Virus record (IMG/VR): IMGVR_UViG_3300042691_005081
Coordinates: 1,607-65,606 of that record
Origin: a virus
Lineage: Duplodnaviria; Caudoviricetes
DNA length: 64,000 bases
Strand: one strand, 5' to 3'
Part shown: positions 1 through 9,106 of the stretch, piece after piece
Layout of the letters: each line of letters starts with the position of its first letter
How positions within the stretch are numbered: position 1 is the first letter of the stretch
The notes under the pieces: model-generated
The model's database searches: none
Seen by the model: the letters and a program-made list of their open reading frames with translations, nothing else
What the model was told of the DNA's origin: nothing
Program-made: the position numbers and the translations under genes

Positions 1-1
1 A

Positions 2-1087
2 AAAAAAATAAAAATATTAATATCTGAAGAAGAAAGAGCTAAAGAAGAGTGGTGGGATATTGAATATGATAAAGCTGTTAAATCAGGAAACCCAAAAACA
101 ATATTAAAATTCAAAGCATATTGGCCATTAAAAGCTTCTGATTCATTTCTAATTTTAACTAGAAATGATTTTGATATAGAACTTGCTAAAAGACATCAAT
201 TTAGATTAAAATCTCAAGAAGCTAAAGGAAGTAATGTAGAATTATTTTTAAATGAAACAGGAACTATTTCTCATAGTTTTTCTGATAAATTAGTTATTAC
301 AGAATTTCCAGTAAAAACACAAAACAAAGATGCCCCTGTAGTTATATATGAATTCCCAATAGAAAATCCTCCATATGGTTTATATGTCTGCGGAGTTGAC
401 CCTTACAGACAAGGAAAGTCTGCTTATAGTGACTCATTAGGTGCTGTGTACATATACAAACGTATGAACTCTATAACAGGAGAAAAGTATCAAGATATGT
501 TTGTTGCTTCTTATGTTGCCAGACCAAATGATAAAACAAAATGGCATGAACAAGCAAGACTTTTAATAAAATATTATAATGCTAGAACGCTTGTAGAAAA
601 TGATGAAATATCTTTCATTGATTACATGGTTGCAAAAGGAGACTCACATTATTTAGAAAGACAACCACAATGGCTTACAGAAATAGTTCCTAATACAACA
701 GTTAGAAGAGAGTTTGGAATACATCGTTCAGCAGAAAAAATTAGAACATTTCTACATGGATGTATTAAAAAATACATGGAAGAAATTGTACATAAAGAGA
801 CTGATAATGATGGTAATACAATAAAAGAAATTCAAGGTATTACTAAAATATTAGATCCAATGCTTTTAGAAGAAGTTATACAATTTGATGATGATTTAAA
901 CGTAGATAGATTAGTAGCAGCAGAACTTGCCATAGCACTAGCTATGAAAATGGATCCGCTATATGGAGCTGTAGGAGTGAAGGAAGATGTTCGTATAACA
1001 TCGTTATATACAAAGAAAAAAAGAAACACATTATTCTCTGAATCATCAGGGATGTTTAATAATAACAAACGCAAATTATTTATATAA
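2..1087 (+). CDS. terL: Terminase large subunit, C-terminal RNase H-like nuclease domain (5'-partial)
   Basis: Frame is open from base 2, upstream of the tracked GTG at 446; YVCGVDPY...SDSLGA, LVEND and NVDRLVA nuclease motifs; directly precedes the portal gene. Confidence 0.9.
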   Translation, partial: KKIKILISEEERAKEEWWDIEYDKAVKSGNPKTILKFKAYWPLKASDSFLILTRNDFDIELAKRHQFRLKSQEAKGSNVELFLNETGTISHSFSDKLVITEFPVKTQNKDAPVVIYEFPIENPPYGLYVCGVDPYRQGKSAYSDSLGAVYIYKRMNSITGEKYQDMFVASYVARPNDKTKWHEQARLLIKYYNARTLVENDEISFIDYMVAKGDSHYLERQPQWLTEIVPNTTVRREFGIHRSAEKIRTFLHGCIKKYMEEIVHKETDNDGNTIKEIQGITKILDPMLLEEVIQFDDDLNVDRLVAAELAIALAMKMDPLYGAVGVKEDVRITSLYTKKKRNTLFSESSGMFNNNKRKLFI

Positions 1088-3672
1088 TGGCTATAATTAG
1101 GTATACTAAAGACGCAACAATCAGATACGCTTACCTCAATATCTTCCCTGATCAGTTTAAAACAGAGGAAGAAAAAAAAGATGAGAGTTGGATAAAAAAT
1201 ACAATGGATTATTTTTCCAATAAAGCATATGCTGAATACATTAAAAACAGAGATACATTTGTTCCTAATTATGATTTAATGAAGGGAATTCTTCGTATGG
1301 AAGATTTCTATCAAGAACCAGAAGTTAGAAGTTTTACAGATGTTCTTACAGCTGATTTAGAACTTCCTGCATACGTGAAGATGTATTCAATTATCACCAC
1401 TCCTGTAAATGAATTAGTAGGTGAAATATCTAAAAGACCTGATACATTTAGAGTGAAGGCTTTTGATGATGACAGTAAGGCAGAAGAGCTACAATTTAAA
1501 ACAGATACTCTTCAAGAATATGTCATTAATAAAGCAAAACAACAAATTCTTTCAAAAGCAGCTATAGCAGGAGAAGAAATTGATGAAGAACAACTAGAAC
1601 AAATGACAATGGAACAAGTGAAAGATCAACTTGACTCATATACTTCTATAGCTGAAAAATGGGCCAATCATGTTCTTACTTGTCAAAAAGCTGAATTTAA
1701 TTTAAAAGAAAAATCAGAAGATGCCTTTAGAGATATGTTAATATCTGGCAGAGAATTTTATCATATATATGAAGACAACTCAAAACTTGGATTTAATATT
1801 GAAGTGGCCAACCCAAAAAACACTTGGTTTCTTACTACTCCTGATAGAAAATACATATCAGATCCCACAGGGAGAGCTCAAGGTGCATATGCTGCTGGTA
1901 CAGTACAAGTTATGGAGCTTTCGGAGATCATTGAAAGCATACCAGATCTTACAAAAGAGGAAATAGATCACCTCAGAAGTTCTCTTCAAGATTATGGCTT
2001 AATTAATGTTAGAGAATCCAACCTTGGTAATCCAGATGCTATTCCAGGCCAAGACTCTGTAATGTATGATACATTTGATCCATTAGTGTTACAGACACGT
2101 ATGATTATTGAATCAGAAATGAAAGAGAATAATGATGGCCTTAAAGACTTTTTAGGACTCACAAATAATGTTAGCTCATTTGGTTATAAATATGTTGTTG
2201 TTAGAAGTTATTGGATTAGTAAAAGAAAAATAGGAAAGCTTATATACATAGATGAAATGGGTAATGAACAATCTATGCTTGTTGATGAAACCTATAAATC
2301 AAAAACTATCCCTACACAACAATCATTAGAATGGGGATGGATAAATGAATGGTATCAAGGAACTAAAATAGGCCCAGACATCTATCACATAAAACCATTT
2401 AAATTATTAAATTATTGTCCTATAATAGGAACAACATATGAAGTGAAGAATACAGAGGCTAAATCCCTGGTTGACTTAATGAAACCATTTCAAGTAATAT
2501 ATAATGTATGTATGAACCAATTATATAAACTCCTTGAAAAAGAAGTTGGTAAAGTACAACTTATGTCATTAAGACATATTCCTATTCCTAAAGATGGAGA
2601 TGCACAAGATGCTTTAGATTTATGGGAAATGGAAGCACGTAATAGAGGAGTAGTATTTATTGATGATAGTCCAGAAAATTTAAAATCTCCTAGTTCATTC
2701 AATCAATTTACATCTTTAGATCTTACACGTACATCAGAAATACAATCTCGTTATACATTAGCACAACAAATTAAAATTGAATGTTGGGAACTTATAGGTA
2801 TGTCTAAACAACGTATGGGATCTATATCAGCATCTGAAAGTGCGACAGGAACTAATACAGCAATGCAACAATCATATTCTCAAACAGAACCATTGTTTAT
2901 TGCACACGAATATGTAATGGGACAACTATATCAAGGTATTATAGATGCTGCATTATATATAGCAAGTTCAAAACCACAAAGTACGCTATCATATATTACA
3001 TCAGAGGGATTATCTGCATTTGTACAAGTGAATGGAGATGATTTAAAGTTTAGAGATCTTAAAGTGTTCCCTACTAATAGACCAGAAGATAAACAAATGT
3101 TTGATGAGCTTAGAGCACTTGCACAACCTCTTATGCAGAATGGTGGTTCATTATATGATGTAATAGAACTATATAGCACTAAGTCTATGAGAGAAATGAA
3201 GAAAACATTCAAAGATCTTAGAGACAAACAAGAAGCACAGCAACAGCAGCAAATGCAAATGCAACAACAACAGCTTAATCAACAAAAAGAGCAGGCAGAA
3301 GCTCAATTGCAACAACAAATGCAAATGCAACAAGAGCAACAAGCTAATGATAATTATCAAAAAGAACTTGATAGAATATCTAAAGAAAAAATAGCTATTA
3401 TACAAGCTACAGGATTTGGTAAAGTGGAATCAGAAGATGTTAATGATAATTTAGTTCCTGATGTATTAGAAATGAGTAGACTAGCAAGTGATCAGGATAA
3501 AGCTGCTAAAGATTACGGATTAAAAATGGCAGATATTCAATCTAAAAATAAACAAGCTGCAGATAAATTAGCTGTTGAAAAAGAAAAAATTGCTGTTGCA
3601 AGAGAAAATATGGCTAATGATTTACAAATAGCAAAGGAAAATGCCAAAGGGCGTAATAACAAAAAAAGTTAA
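1087..3672 (+). CDS. Portal protein
   Basis: 861 aa, follows TerL with TAATG overlap; Gln-rich C-terminal coiled coil as in podovirus-type/crAss portals. Confidence 0.85.
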   Translation: MAIIRYTKDATIRYAYLNIFPDQFKTEEEKKDESWIKNTMDYFSNKAYAEYIKNRDTFVPNYDLMKGILRMEDFYQEPEVRSFTDVLTADLELPAYVKMYSIITTPVNELVGEISKRPDTFRVKAFDDDSKAEELQFKTDTLQEYVINKAKQQILSKAAIAGEEIDEEQLEQMTMEQVKDQLDSYTSIAEKWANHVLTCQKAEFNLKEKSEDAFRDMLISGREFYHIYEDNSKLGFNIEVANPKNTWFLTTPDRKYISDPTGRAQGAYAAGTVQVMELSEIIESIPDLTKEEIDHLRSSLQDYGLINVRESNLGNPDAIPGQDSVMYDTFDPLVLQTRMIIESEMKENNDGLKDFLGLTNNVSSFGYKYVVVRSYWISKRKIGKLIYIDEMGNEQSMLVDETYKSKTIPTQQSLEWGWINEWYQGTKIGPDIYHIKPFKLLNYCPIIGTTYEVKNTEAKSLVDLMKPFQVIYNVCMNQLYKLLEKEVGKVQLMSLRHIPIPKDGDAQDALDLWEMEARNRGVVFIDDSPENLKSPSSFNQFTSLDLTRTSEIQSRYTLAQQIKIECWELIGMSKQRMGSISASESATGTNTAMQQSYSQTEPLFIAHEYVMGQLYQGIIDAALYIASSKPQSTLSYITSEGLSAFVQVNGDDLKFRDLKVFPTNRPEDKQMFDELRALAQPLMQNGGSLYDVIELYSTKSMREMKKTFKDLRDKQEAQQQQQMQMQQQQLNQQKEQAEAQLQQQMQMQQEQQANDNYQKELDRISKEKIAIIQATGFGKVESEDVNDNLVPDVLEMSRLASDQDKAAKDYGLKMADIQSKNKQAADKLAVEKEKIAVARENMANDLQIAKENAKGRNNKKS

Positions 3673-3707
3673 AAAAAGTTTTCTTTTTTACAGAAGAAAA
3701 AAACATT

Positions 3708-3783
3708 AATGCTATATTACCCAAAAAATTGAATGATATAGTGTAATAACTCTTTGATATTAGAAATTCTTATTATACTTTTA
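3708..3783 (+). promoter_or_regulatory. Putative Bacteroidota-type promoter with upstream AAYGCTATATTA element
   Basis: TTTG 3753-3756, 19-nt spacer, TACTTTTA 3776-3783 (one mismatch to TAnnTTTG); upstream motif shared with 53030. Confidence 0.55.
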
Positions 3784-3816
3784 CATAAATAAAACCAAAC
3801 ATTAATACAACTACAT

Positions 3817-5040
3817 ATGGCTAATGATTTAGATAACTTTAGTATCCAAGGTACTATGGAAATGGGAATGGGTAATCAAGAATTACTTCAAGGACTTTTT
3901 GAACCTGAAACAGCATCATCTAATCCAGAAGATGTCACTCCTATTATAAAAGATGCAGAACCCACAACCCCTCCTGTTAAACCAGAAGTGCCGAAAGGCA
4001 AAGAAATAACACCAGTGGCAGAAGATGCTTCTGACAAAGAAAAAGGACAAGCTCTTATTTCAAATTTCTTAGGAGATGATGAAGAAGAAGAAGAAAATGA
4101 AGAACCTGCACCTATTGTTGAAAATTCAGAAGAAGAAGAAGAAGTAGAAACAACACAATTTACTGCTTTAACTAATGACCTTTACAAATTAGGAGTTTTT
4201 ACAACTGATGAAGGAGAAACACCAGAACCAGTAAATACTCCAGAAGAATTTTTAGAAAGATTTACTAATGAAAAGAAAAAAGGTGCTCAAGAAATTGTAC
4301 AAAATTTCATAGGACAATTTGGAGAAGATTATCAAGATGCTTTTGATGCCATATTTGTAAAAGGAGTTAATCCAAAAGACTACTTCACTACATATAATAA
4401 TGTTGTTGGATTTGCTGAAATGGATTTATCCATAGAAGATAATCAAATTGTAATAATGAAACAAGCCTTAGCTAATCAAGGCTTTGATCCAGAAGATATA
4501 GAAACAGAAGTTGAAAGACTTAAAAATTATGGTGATTTAGAAAGTGTTGCTACTAAAAACCATAAAGTGTTAGTTAAAAAAGAAGCAGCTAAATTACAAG
4601 AACTAGAAGCTAAATCTGAAGCTGAGTTACAACAAAAAACTCAAATTAGAAATAAGTATATAGAGAACGTACAAACCATTCTACAAGAAAAAGTTAAAAC
4701 AAAAGAATTTGATGGTATTCCCATCAATCCAAAATTAGCAGGTGAACTACAAGATTTCTTATTAGTTGATAAATGGAAAACTCCATCAGGAGAAACATTA
4801 ACAGACTTTGATCGTGCTATTTTGGATATGAAAAGACCAGAAAATCATGCAATGAAAGTTAAACTAGGACTTATCATGAAAATGTTAGAAAAAGATCCTA
4901 CATTATCAACTATACAAAAAACAGGTGTTACCAAAAAATCCAATGAACTATTTGGAGAAGTAGCAAGACAAGTAACAAAAGTTAAAACAGGTGGTCCATC
5001 ATCAACTGGTGGCACTAACACAAAATCATGGTTTTCATAA
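3817..5040 (+). CDS. Putative capsid scaffolding protein
   Basis: Acidic disordered N-terminal half, helical C-terminal half; lies between portal and MCP. Confidence 0.65.
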   Translation: MANDLDNFSIQGTMEMGMGNQELLQGLFEPETASSNPEDVTPIIKDAEPTTPPVKPEVPKGKEITPVAEDASDKEKGQALISNFLGDDEEEEENEEPAPIVENSEEEEEVETTQFTALTNDLYKLGVFTTDEGETPEPVNTPEEFLERFTNEKKKGAQEIVQNFIGQFGEDYQDAFDAIFVKGVNPKDYFTTYNNVVGFAEMDLSIEDNQIVIMKQALANQGFDPEDIETEVERLKNYGDLESVATKNHKVLVKKEAAKLQELEAKSEAELQQKTQIRNKYIENVQTILQEKVKTKEFDGIPINPKLAGELQDFLLVDKWKTPSGETLTDFDRAILDMKRPENHAMKVKLGLIMKMLEKDPTLSTIQKTGVTKKSNELFGEVARQVTKVKTGGPSSTGGTNTKSWFS

Positions 5041-5075
5041 CAAATAAATTAATAATTAATAAAAACGAATAAAAA

Positions 5076-6638
5076 ATGGCAATTCAAACACTTCCTGGAG
5101 TAACGGGGTTTCAATATGCACGTGTAGCGTCAATGGACAAACGTGCTGTAGGAAAATTGACTGACTCTAATCACTTGGAGTCTTTCCACTCCACTGAACC
5201 TGCAGACTATGATAAAAAAATTATCAGTTTGTATACACAGAGTTCATTGTATAGCAATGACTTTTTAGACATGATCAACAAAAGCACTCCTTATTACATT
5301 GATAATAACAGTGATGCTTGGAAATGGCAAATAGCTGTTCCTTACAAATTCCCAAAAATTATTGATGTTCCTCAATCTACATTAGATTTAATGTCTTCTG
5401 GTAAAACAGGTGTAGATGGTCAAGAATTTAATTTAGTATTAGACACTAATGAATTCTCTAAAAATGCTATTGTATCTGTAGGTACACGTCAATATGGTCC
5501 ACGTTTCTATGTAATTAAAGATCCACAACCTTGGAACATGGGGTATTTATATACATTTACATTAGTAAGTGATAATCCTCAAATTGATTTTGTAAACCCT
5601 ACATTTTTACAACATGGTATTGAACTAGAATTAGTTGATGCTGCTATTGGTGAGTTTGATCAAGATCTTTTAGGATTACCAAGATTGGGTGAACAAATCA
5701 CAATGTTTGAATCATTATCTAGTGCATATGGTTATGAGCACAAAATTACAGAATGGGCTGATGATAAAACAATGAGAGATGCTTCTGGTAAACCATTAGA
5801 TATTTTAGTATATGCTCCACAACGTAGAAATCAATTACCTTTAACACGTAATGATGTTAAATGGGAACCATTTATTGAGTTCTGGATGCGTAAATCAATG
5901 TTAGAATTAAAAGTTAAACGTATGATCTGGGCTAAACCAGGTACAGTTAAAACTAATGGTTCTAAACAAGAATTAAAAAGAACATCTGCTGGTGTATATC
6001 ACAGAATGCGTAACAATGGAAACTTGGTACAATATAATAGAGGGGAATTTTCTGCTAACTTGATTCGTTCAGTATTTGGAGATTTGTTCTATAGAAGAGT
6101 GGATGTAAAAGACCGTTCTGTAAAAATGTATACTAATGAAGCTGGATTCGATGTATTCCAACAAGCTTTGAAAAATGATGCATTAAATTCTGGTCTAACA
6201 TTAATGGCAGATAGCGGAAATAGATTTATGCAAGGAGAAGGACAACACATCACTTATAACTTTGCATTTGATGCAATGGTTACACGTGAAACTGGTAGAG
6301 TTGAACTTATCCACTTAAAAGAATTAGATTTACCACAAACTAATTTAGAGTTTGGACAAAACAAAAAATCTACTCCTGTATTTATGGTGTTTGATGTGTC
6401 TCCAATGTCTGATGGTTCAATGGTGAATAACATTAGAGAAGTGAGAATGAAAGGTGCTCCTTCTATGACATGGGGGTATATTGATGGTACTCGTCACCAC
6501 TTAGGTTTTGCTAAGTCTCAAGGTATGAGTTCAGCTAATAAATTCCCAGGATACGAAATCTGGATGAAAGACAGATGTGATGTATTTATTGAAGATTTAT
6601 CTAGAACTGTGTTGATCGAGGAAATTCCACAATTCTAA
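5076..6638 (+). CDS. Major capsid protein (crAss-like)
   Basis: 520 aa; position after scaffold; codon usage typical of a highly expressed gene (CGT, TTC, AAC); followed by structured RNA elements. Confidence 0.85.
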   Translation: MAIQTLPGVTGFQYARVASMDKRAVGKLTDSNHLESFHSTEPADYDKKIISLYTQSSLYSNDFLDMINKSTPYYIDNNSDAWKWQIAVPYKFPKIIDVPQSTLDLMSSGKTGVDGQEFNLVLDTNEFSKNAIVSVGTRQYGPRFYVIKDPQPWNMGYLYTFTLVSDNPQIDFVNPTFLQHGIELELVDAAIGEFDQDLLGLPRLGEQITMFESLSSAYGYEHKITEWADDKTMRDASGKPLDILVYAPQRRNQLPLTRNDVKWEPFIEFWMRKSMLELKVKRMIWAKPGTVKTNGSKQELKRTSAGVYHRMRNNGNLVQYNRGEFSANLIRSVFGDLFYRRVDVKDRSVKMYTNEAGFDVFQQALKNDALNSGLTLMADSGNRFMQGEGQHITYNFAFDAMVTRETGRVELIHLKELDLPQTNLEFGQNKKSTPVFMVFDVSPMSDGSMVNNIREVRMKGAPSMTWGYIDGTRHHLGFAKSQGMSSANKFPGYEIWMKDRCDVFIEDLSRTVLIEEIPQF

Positions 6639-6651
6639 TAATAGTAAAAGT

Positions 6652-6711
6652 AGTTACTACGCCAAGAAGAATAATTACTCATTTAGGAGTTGTAGGCGTA
6701 CCAGAGTAACT
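6652..6711 (+). other. Long interrupted RNA hairpin downstream of MCP
   Basis: AGTTAC/GTAACT, TACGCC/GGCGTA and ACTC/GAGT nested pairings. Confidence 0.55.
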
Positions 6712-6721
6712 CATTTATTCC

Positions 6722-6768
6722 GAGAAAAATCCCCTCACCTCCTCTCCCTCCTAGAGGGGATGATTCTC
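6722..6768 (+). ncRNA. Hairpin with C/U-rich loop containing an anti-Shine-Dalgarno-like sequence
   Basis: GAGAA/TTCTC plus perfect ATCCCCTC/GAGGGGAT stem; loop ACCTCCTCTCCCTCCTA. Confidence 0.5.
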
Positions 6769-6772
6769 AACC

Positions 6773-6830
6773 CAGAGTGTTTGATATGGATAGTATCCAT
6801 GATCAGGTTCCTTCGGTGGAACCACTCTAC
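6773..6830 (+). ncRNA. Minimal tRNA-like structure (acceptor stem, one hairpin, T-arm-like hairpin)
   Basis: AGAGTG/CACTCT stem; TGAT-ATGGAT/ATCCAT-G-ATCA hairpin; GTTCC-TTCGGT-GGAAC arm; lies 4 nt upstream of a tRNA 5' half. Confidence 0.5.
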
Positions 6831-6834
6831 AAAT

Positions 6835-6874
6835 CGCGTGGTAGAGCAGTGGTAGCTCAGCAGGCTCATAACCT
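6835..6874 (+). pseudogene. 5' half of an initiator-like tRNA-Met(CAT), truncated in the 3' strand of the anticodon stem
   Basis: CGCGTGG TA GAGC AGTGGTA GCTC A GCAGG CTCATAA CCT, then AT-rich sequence; closely resembles bacterial tRNA-fMet 5' half. Confidence 0.85.
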
Positions 6875-6888
6875 AATATAAACTAAAT

Positions 6889-7248
6889 GTGGCTTATAAA
6901 AATAAAAAAGACCAAGCAGAAGCAGCAAAGCGTCATTATGATTTAAATAAAGATAAAGTTAAAGCAAGAACAAAAGCAAATAATATTATATCTTTAGAAA
7001 GAAATCGTAATTTTGTTTGGAATTATTTAAAGAATAATCCATGTATAGATTGTGGAGAAATAGATCCAGTAGTTTTAGAATTTGATCATAGAGATACTAC
7101 AACAAAAAAGTTTTCTATTTCTAATGCTATAAGACAAAAAATTTCTATTAAATCTATAACAGAAGAAATAGAAAAGTGTGATGTTAGATGTGCAAATTGT
7201 CATAGAAGAAAAACAGCAATTCAATTTAACTATTACAAAATAAAATAA
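6889..7248 (+). CDS. HNH endonuclease (putative homing endonuclease)
   Basis: CIDCG...LEFDH...CANCHRRKT zinc-binding HNH motifs; GTG start. Confidence 0.88.
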   Translation: MAYKNKKDQAEAAKRHYDLNKDKVKARTKANNIISLERNRNFVWNYLKNNPCIDCGEIDPVVLEFDHRDTTTKKFSISNAIRQKISIKSITEEIEKCDVRCANCHRRKTAIQFNYYKIK

Positions 7249-7250
7249 AT

Positions 7251-7324
7251 AGTGTGGTAGACTGGAGGGGTTCCAGCTCAGTCTCATAAACTGAAGTACG
7301 TTGGTTCGAGTCCAACCCACGCAA
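7251..7324 (+). tRNA. tRNA-Met(CAT), atypical D-arm, 1:72 mismatch, CCA not encoded
   Basis: Acceptor AGTGTGG/CCACGCA, D region CTGGA-GGGGT-TCCAG, anticodon arm TCAGT-CTCATAA-ACTGA, T-arm GTTGG-TTCGAGT-CCAAC. Confidence 0.85.
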
Positions 7325-7355
7325 CAAATTAAAACCAAATATTAAAACTACATTT

Positions 7356-8324
7356 ATGGCAAAGACAGGCAAAATTTCTACTATTAAAAGAGAATATAAT
7401 AGTTCTCAATCACAAACAATGGATAGTGGGTTAGCACAAAAAGGAATGACAAGAATCCCTGGAACAGGTGTATTAAAACTTCCTTATAAAGAATTGGATG
7501 GTAAATACAGAACAGGGTTAGACCCAGATGCTACTTACATTAAAAGAATTCAAGATCCAACTGAAAAACAGATTGAAATTGAAAGAGTAACTGCTCTTAG
7601 GAAAAAACTTGAAGATGCAATTGGAGATATTGATTTAGGCCCACGTTCTAAATTTTGGAATTATGGCTTATCTACTTCTACAAATGATCAAACTCATGTA
7701 CAAGCAGTTAAATTATTAGATGGAGAAAACTATTTTGATTTATCAAATGCTTTTCAAGAAATAGCATTTTCTTGGCTTAGAGTACATCCAACTATTGCAA
7801 CATCTCTTCAAGCTTGGGAAAGAGGAGAATTTCCAGCAGAAACACAATTTTATGTTGTTGATGATGAAAGAGAGAATGAAGTGGTGTACAAGAAAAAACA
7901 ATTAATTAACAAAGCAATTGTTAAATTTGATTCTATGAGTCCTGAGAAGAAGAAAAAAGTTGCAAGACTTTTAGGTCTTCCAGTAACAGAAAACTCAAAA
8001 GAAGAAATGGTGTATAACTTAGTAGATAATGTATTAAAACAAACAGAATTTAAAAATGGAAAATATTCAGGATTAAATCCAGTTGAAGTGTTTAATAGAT
8101 TTGCTGATATGAAAGAGTCTTTGCTCCATATTAAAGATTTAGTAAAACAAGCTATAACTCATTCTATATATAGAATAAAACCTAGTGGAACTGTATATGA
8201 AGGAGAGCATGAAATAGCTAAAGATGAAGAAGAATTAATTAAATTCTTAGCTGATGATGATAACCAAGATGAGTTATTAACATTAGAAGGAAAATTAAAA
8301 ACTAAAAAACTAGCTGCTATTTAG
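7356..8324 (+). CDS. Conserved crAss-like head-region protein
   Basis: 322-aa ORF in the slot after MCP that crAss-like phages fill with a conserved gene. Confidence 0.6.
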   Translation: MAKTGKISTIKREYNSSQSQTMDSGLAQKGMTRIPGTGVLKLPYKELDGKYRTGLDPDATYIKRIQDPTEKQIEIERVTALRKKLEDAIGDIDLGPRSKFWNYGLSTSTNDQTHVQAVKLLDGENYFDLSNAFQEIAFSWLRVHPTIATSLQAWERGEFPAETQFYVVDDERENEVVYKKKQLINKAIVKFDSMSPEKKKKVARLLGLPVTENSKEEMVYNLVDNVLKQTEFKNGKYSGLNPVEVFNRFADMKESLLHIKDLVKQAITHSIYRIKPSGTVYEGEHEIAKDEEELIKFLADDDNQDELLTLEGKLKTKKLAAI

Positions 8325-8348
8325 TAATTAGTTTTAAAAATATAAAAA

Positions 8349-9080
8349 ATGATACTAGTAGATAGTCTATTATATAAAATTGATCAAAGATTAAATAAGC
8401 TATCTACTAATGATCATCAACAAATTCAATTAGAAGATAAAATATTGGCCCTCAATGAGGCCCAGATTAAATTAATAAAACAAAAAGTTGATGGTATTAG
8501 TACAGTTAGTCAATTAGGGCTTGATTCTTTTAAGAAAAGATATGAAGATTTACAAAATCTTATTATATCATATAATAGTGGTGAATTACCACTAACACTT
8601 AAAAATGAAGAATTAAATCAATGGAAAGCTAATATTCATGAATTAGAACCAAAATATATGTTCTATATAGATTCATATGTTTTAGCTGATAAAGGAAGAT
8701 GTAAAGATAGAAAGATTTGGATAAATAGAGATTTAGCTAAACATGGAGATTTACAATTCATTTTAAACAATGAACATTACAAACCTTCTTTTGAATATCA
8801 AGAAACATTTAATTTTCTTTCTTCTGATGAAATAAGCATATTTACAGATGGTACATTTACACCAAAAAAAATATGTATAAGTTACATGAGGTATCCAGTG
8901 TATATTGATAAAGAAGGATATGTTAAGTTTGATGGAACACCTTCTACTAATCAAGATTGTGAATTAGAAACATATTTAGAGGATGAATTGTTAGATTTAA
9001 CAGTACAAAATTTAGCAATGTTTACTGAAAATCAAGCAGCTGTACAAAGTGCAGCATATAGAATACAAACAAACGAATAA
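8349..9080 (+). CDS. Putative head-tail ring/adaptor protein
   Basis: LNEAQ N-terminal helix, Y-x-R-Y-P and CEL...E.LDL C-terminal pattern typical of crAss ring proteins. Confidence 0.6.
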   Translation: MILVDSLLYKIDQRLNKLSTNDHQQIQLEDKILALNEAQIKLIKQKVDGISTVSQLGLDSFKKRYEDLQNLIISYNSGELPLTLKNEELNQWKANIHELEPKYMFYIDSYVLADKGRCKDRKIWINRDLAKHGDLQFILNNEHYKPSFEYQETFNFLSSDEISIFTDGTFTPKKICISYMRYPVYIDKEGYVKFDGTPSTNQDCELETYLEDELLDLTVQNLAMFTENQAAVQSAAYRIQTNE

Positions 9081-9106
9081 ATTTTAACACTTAATAAATA
9101 AACAAA

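Noticed and set aside
446-1087. Stand-alone 213-aa gene starting at 446
   Set aside because: The frame is open back to the window start and includes the catalytic GVDP motif upstream of 446, so it is the tail of TerL
3230-3345. CAA/CAG-rich repeat in the portal gene
   Set aside because: Encodes the ordinary Gln-rich coiled-coil barrel of portals
6875-7292. Group I intron in the tRNA-Met gene
   Set aside because: Only about 14 nt precede the HNH ORF and 2 nt separate it from the second tRNA, leaving no room for a P3-P7 catalytic core
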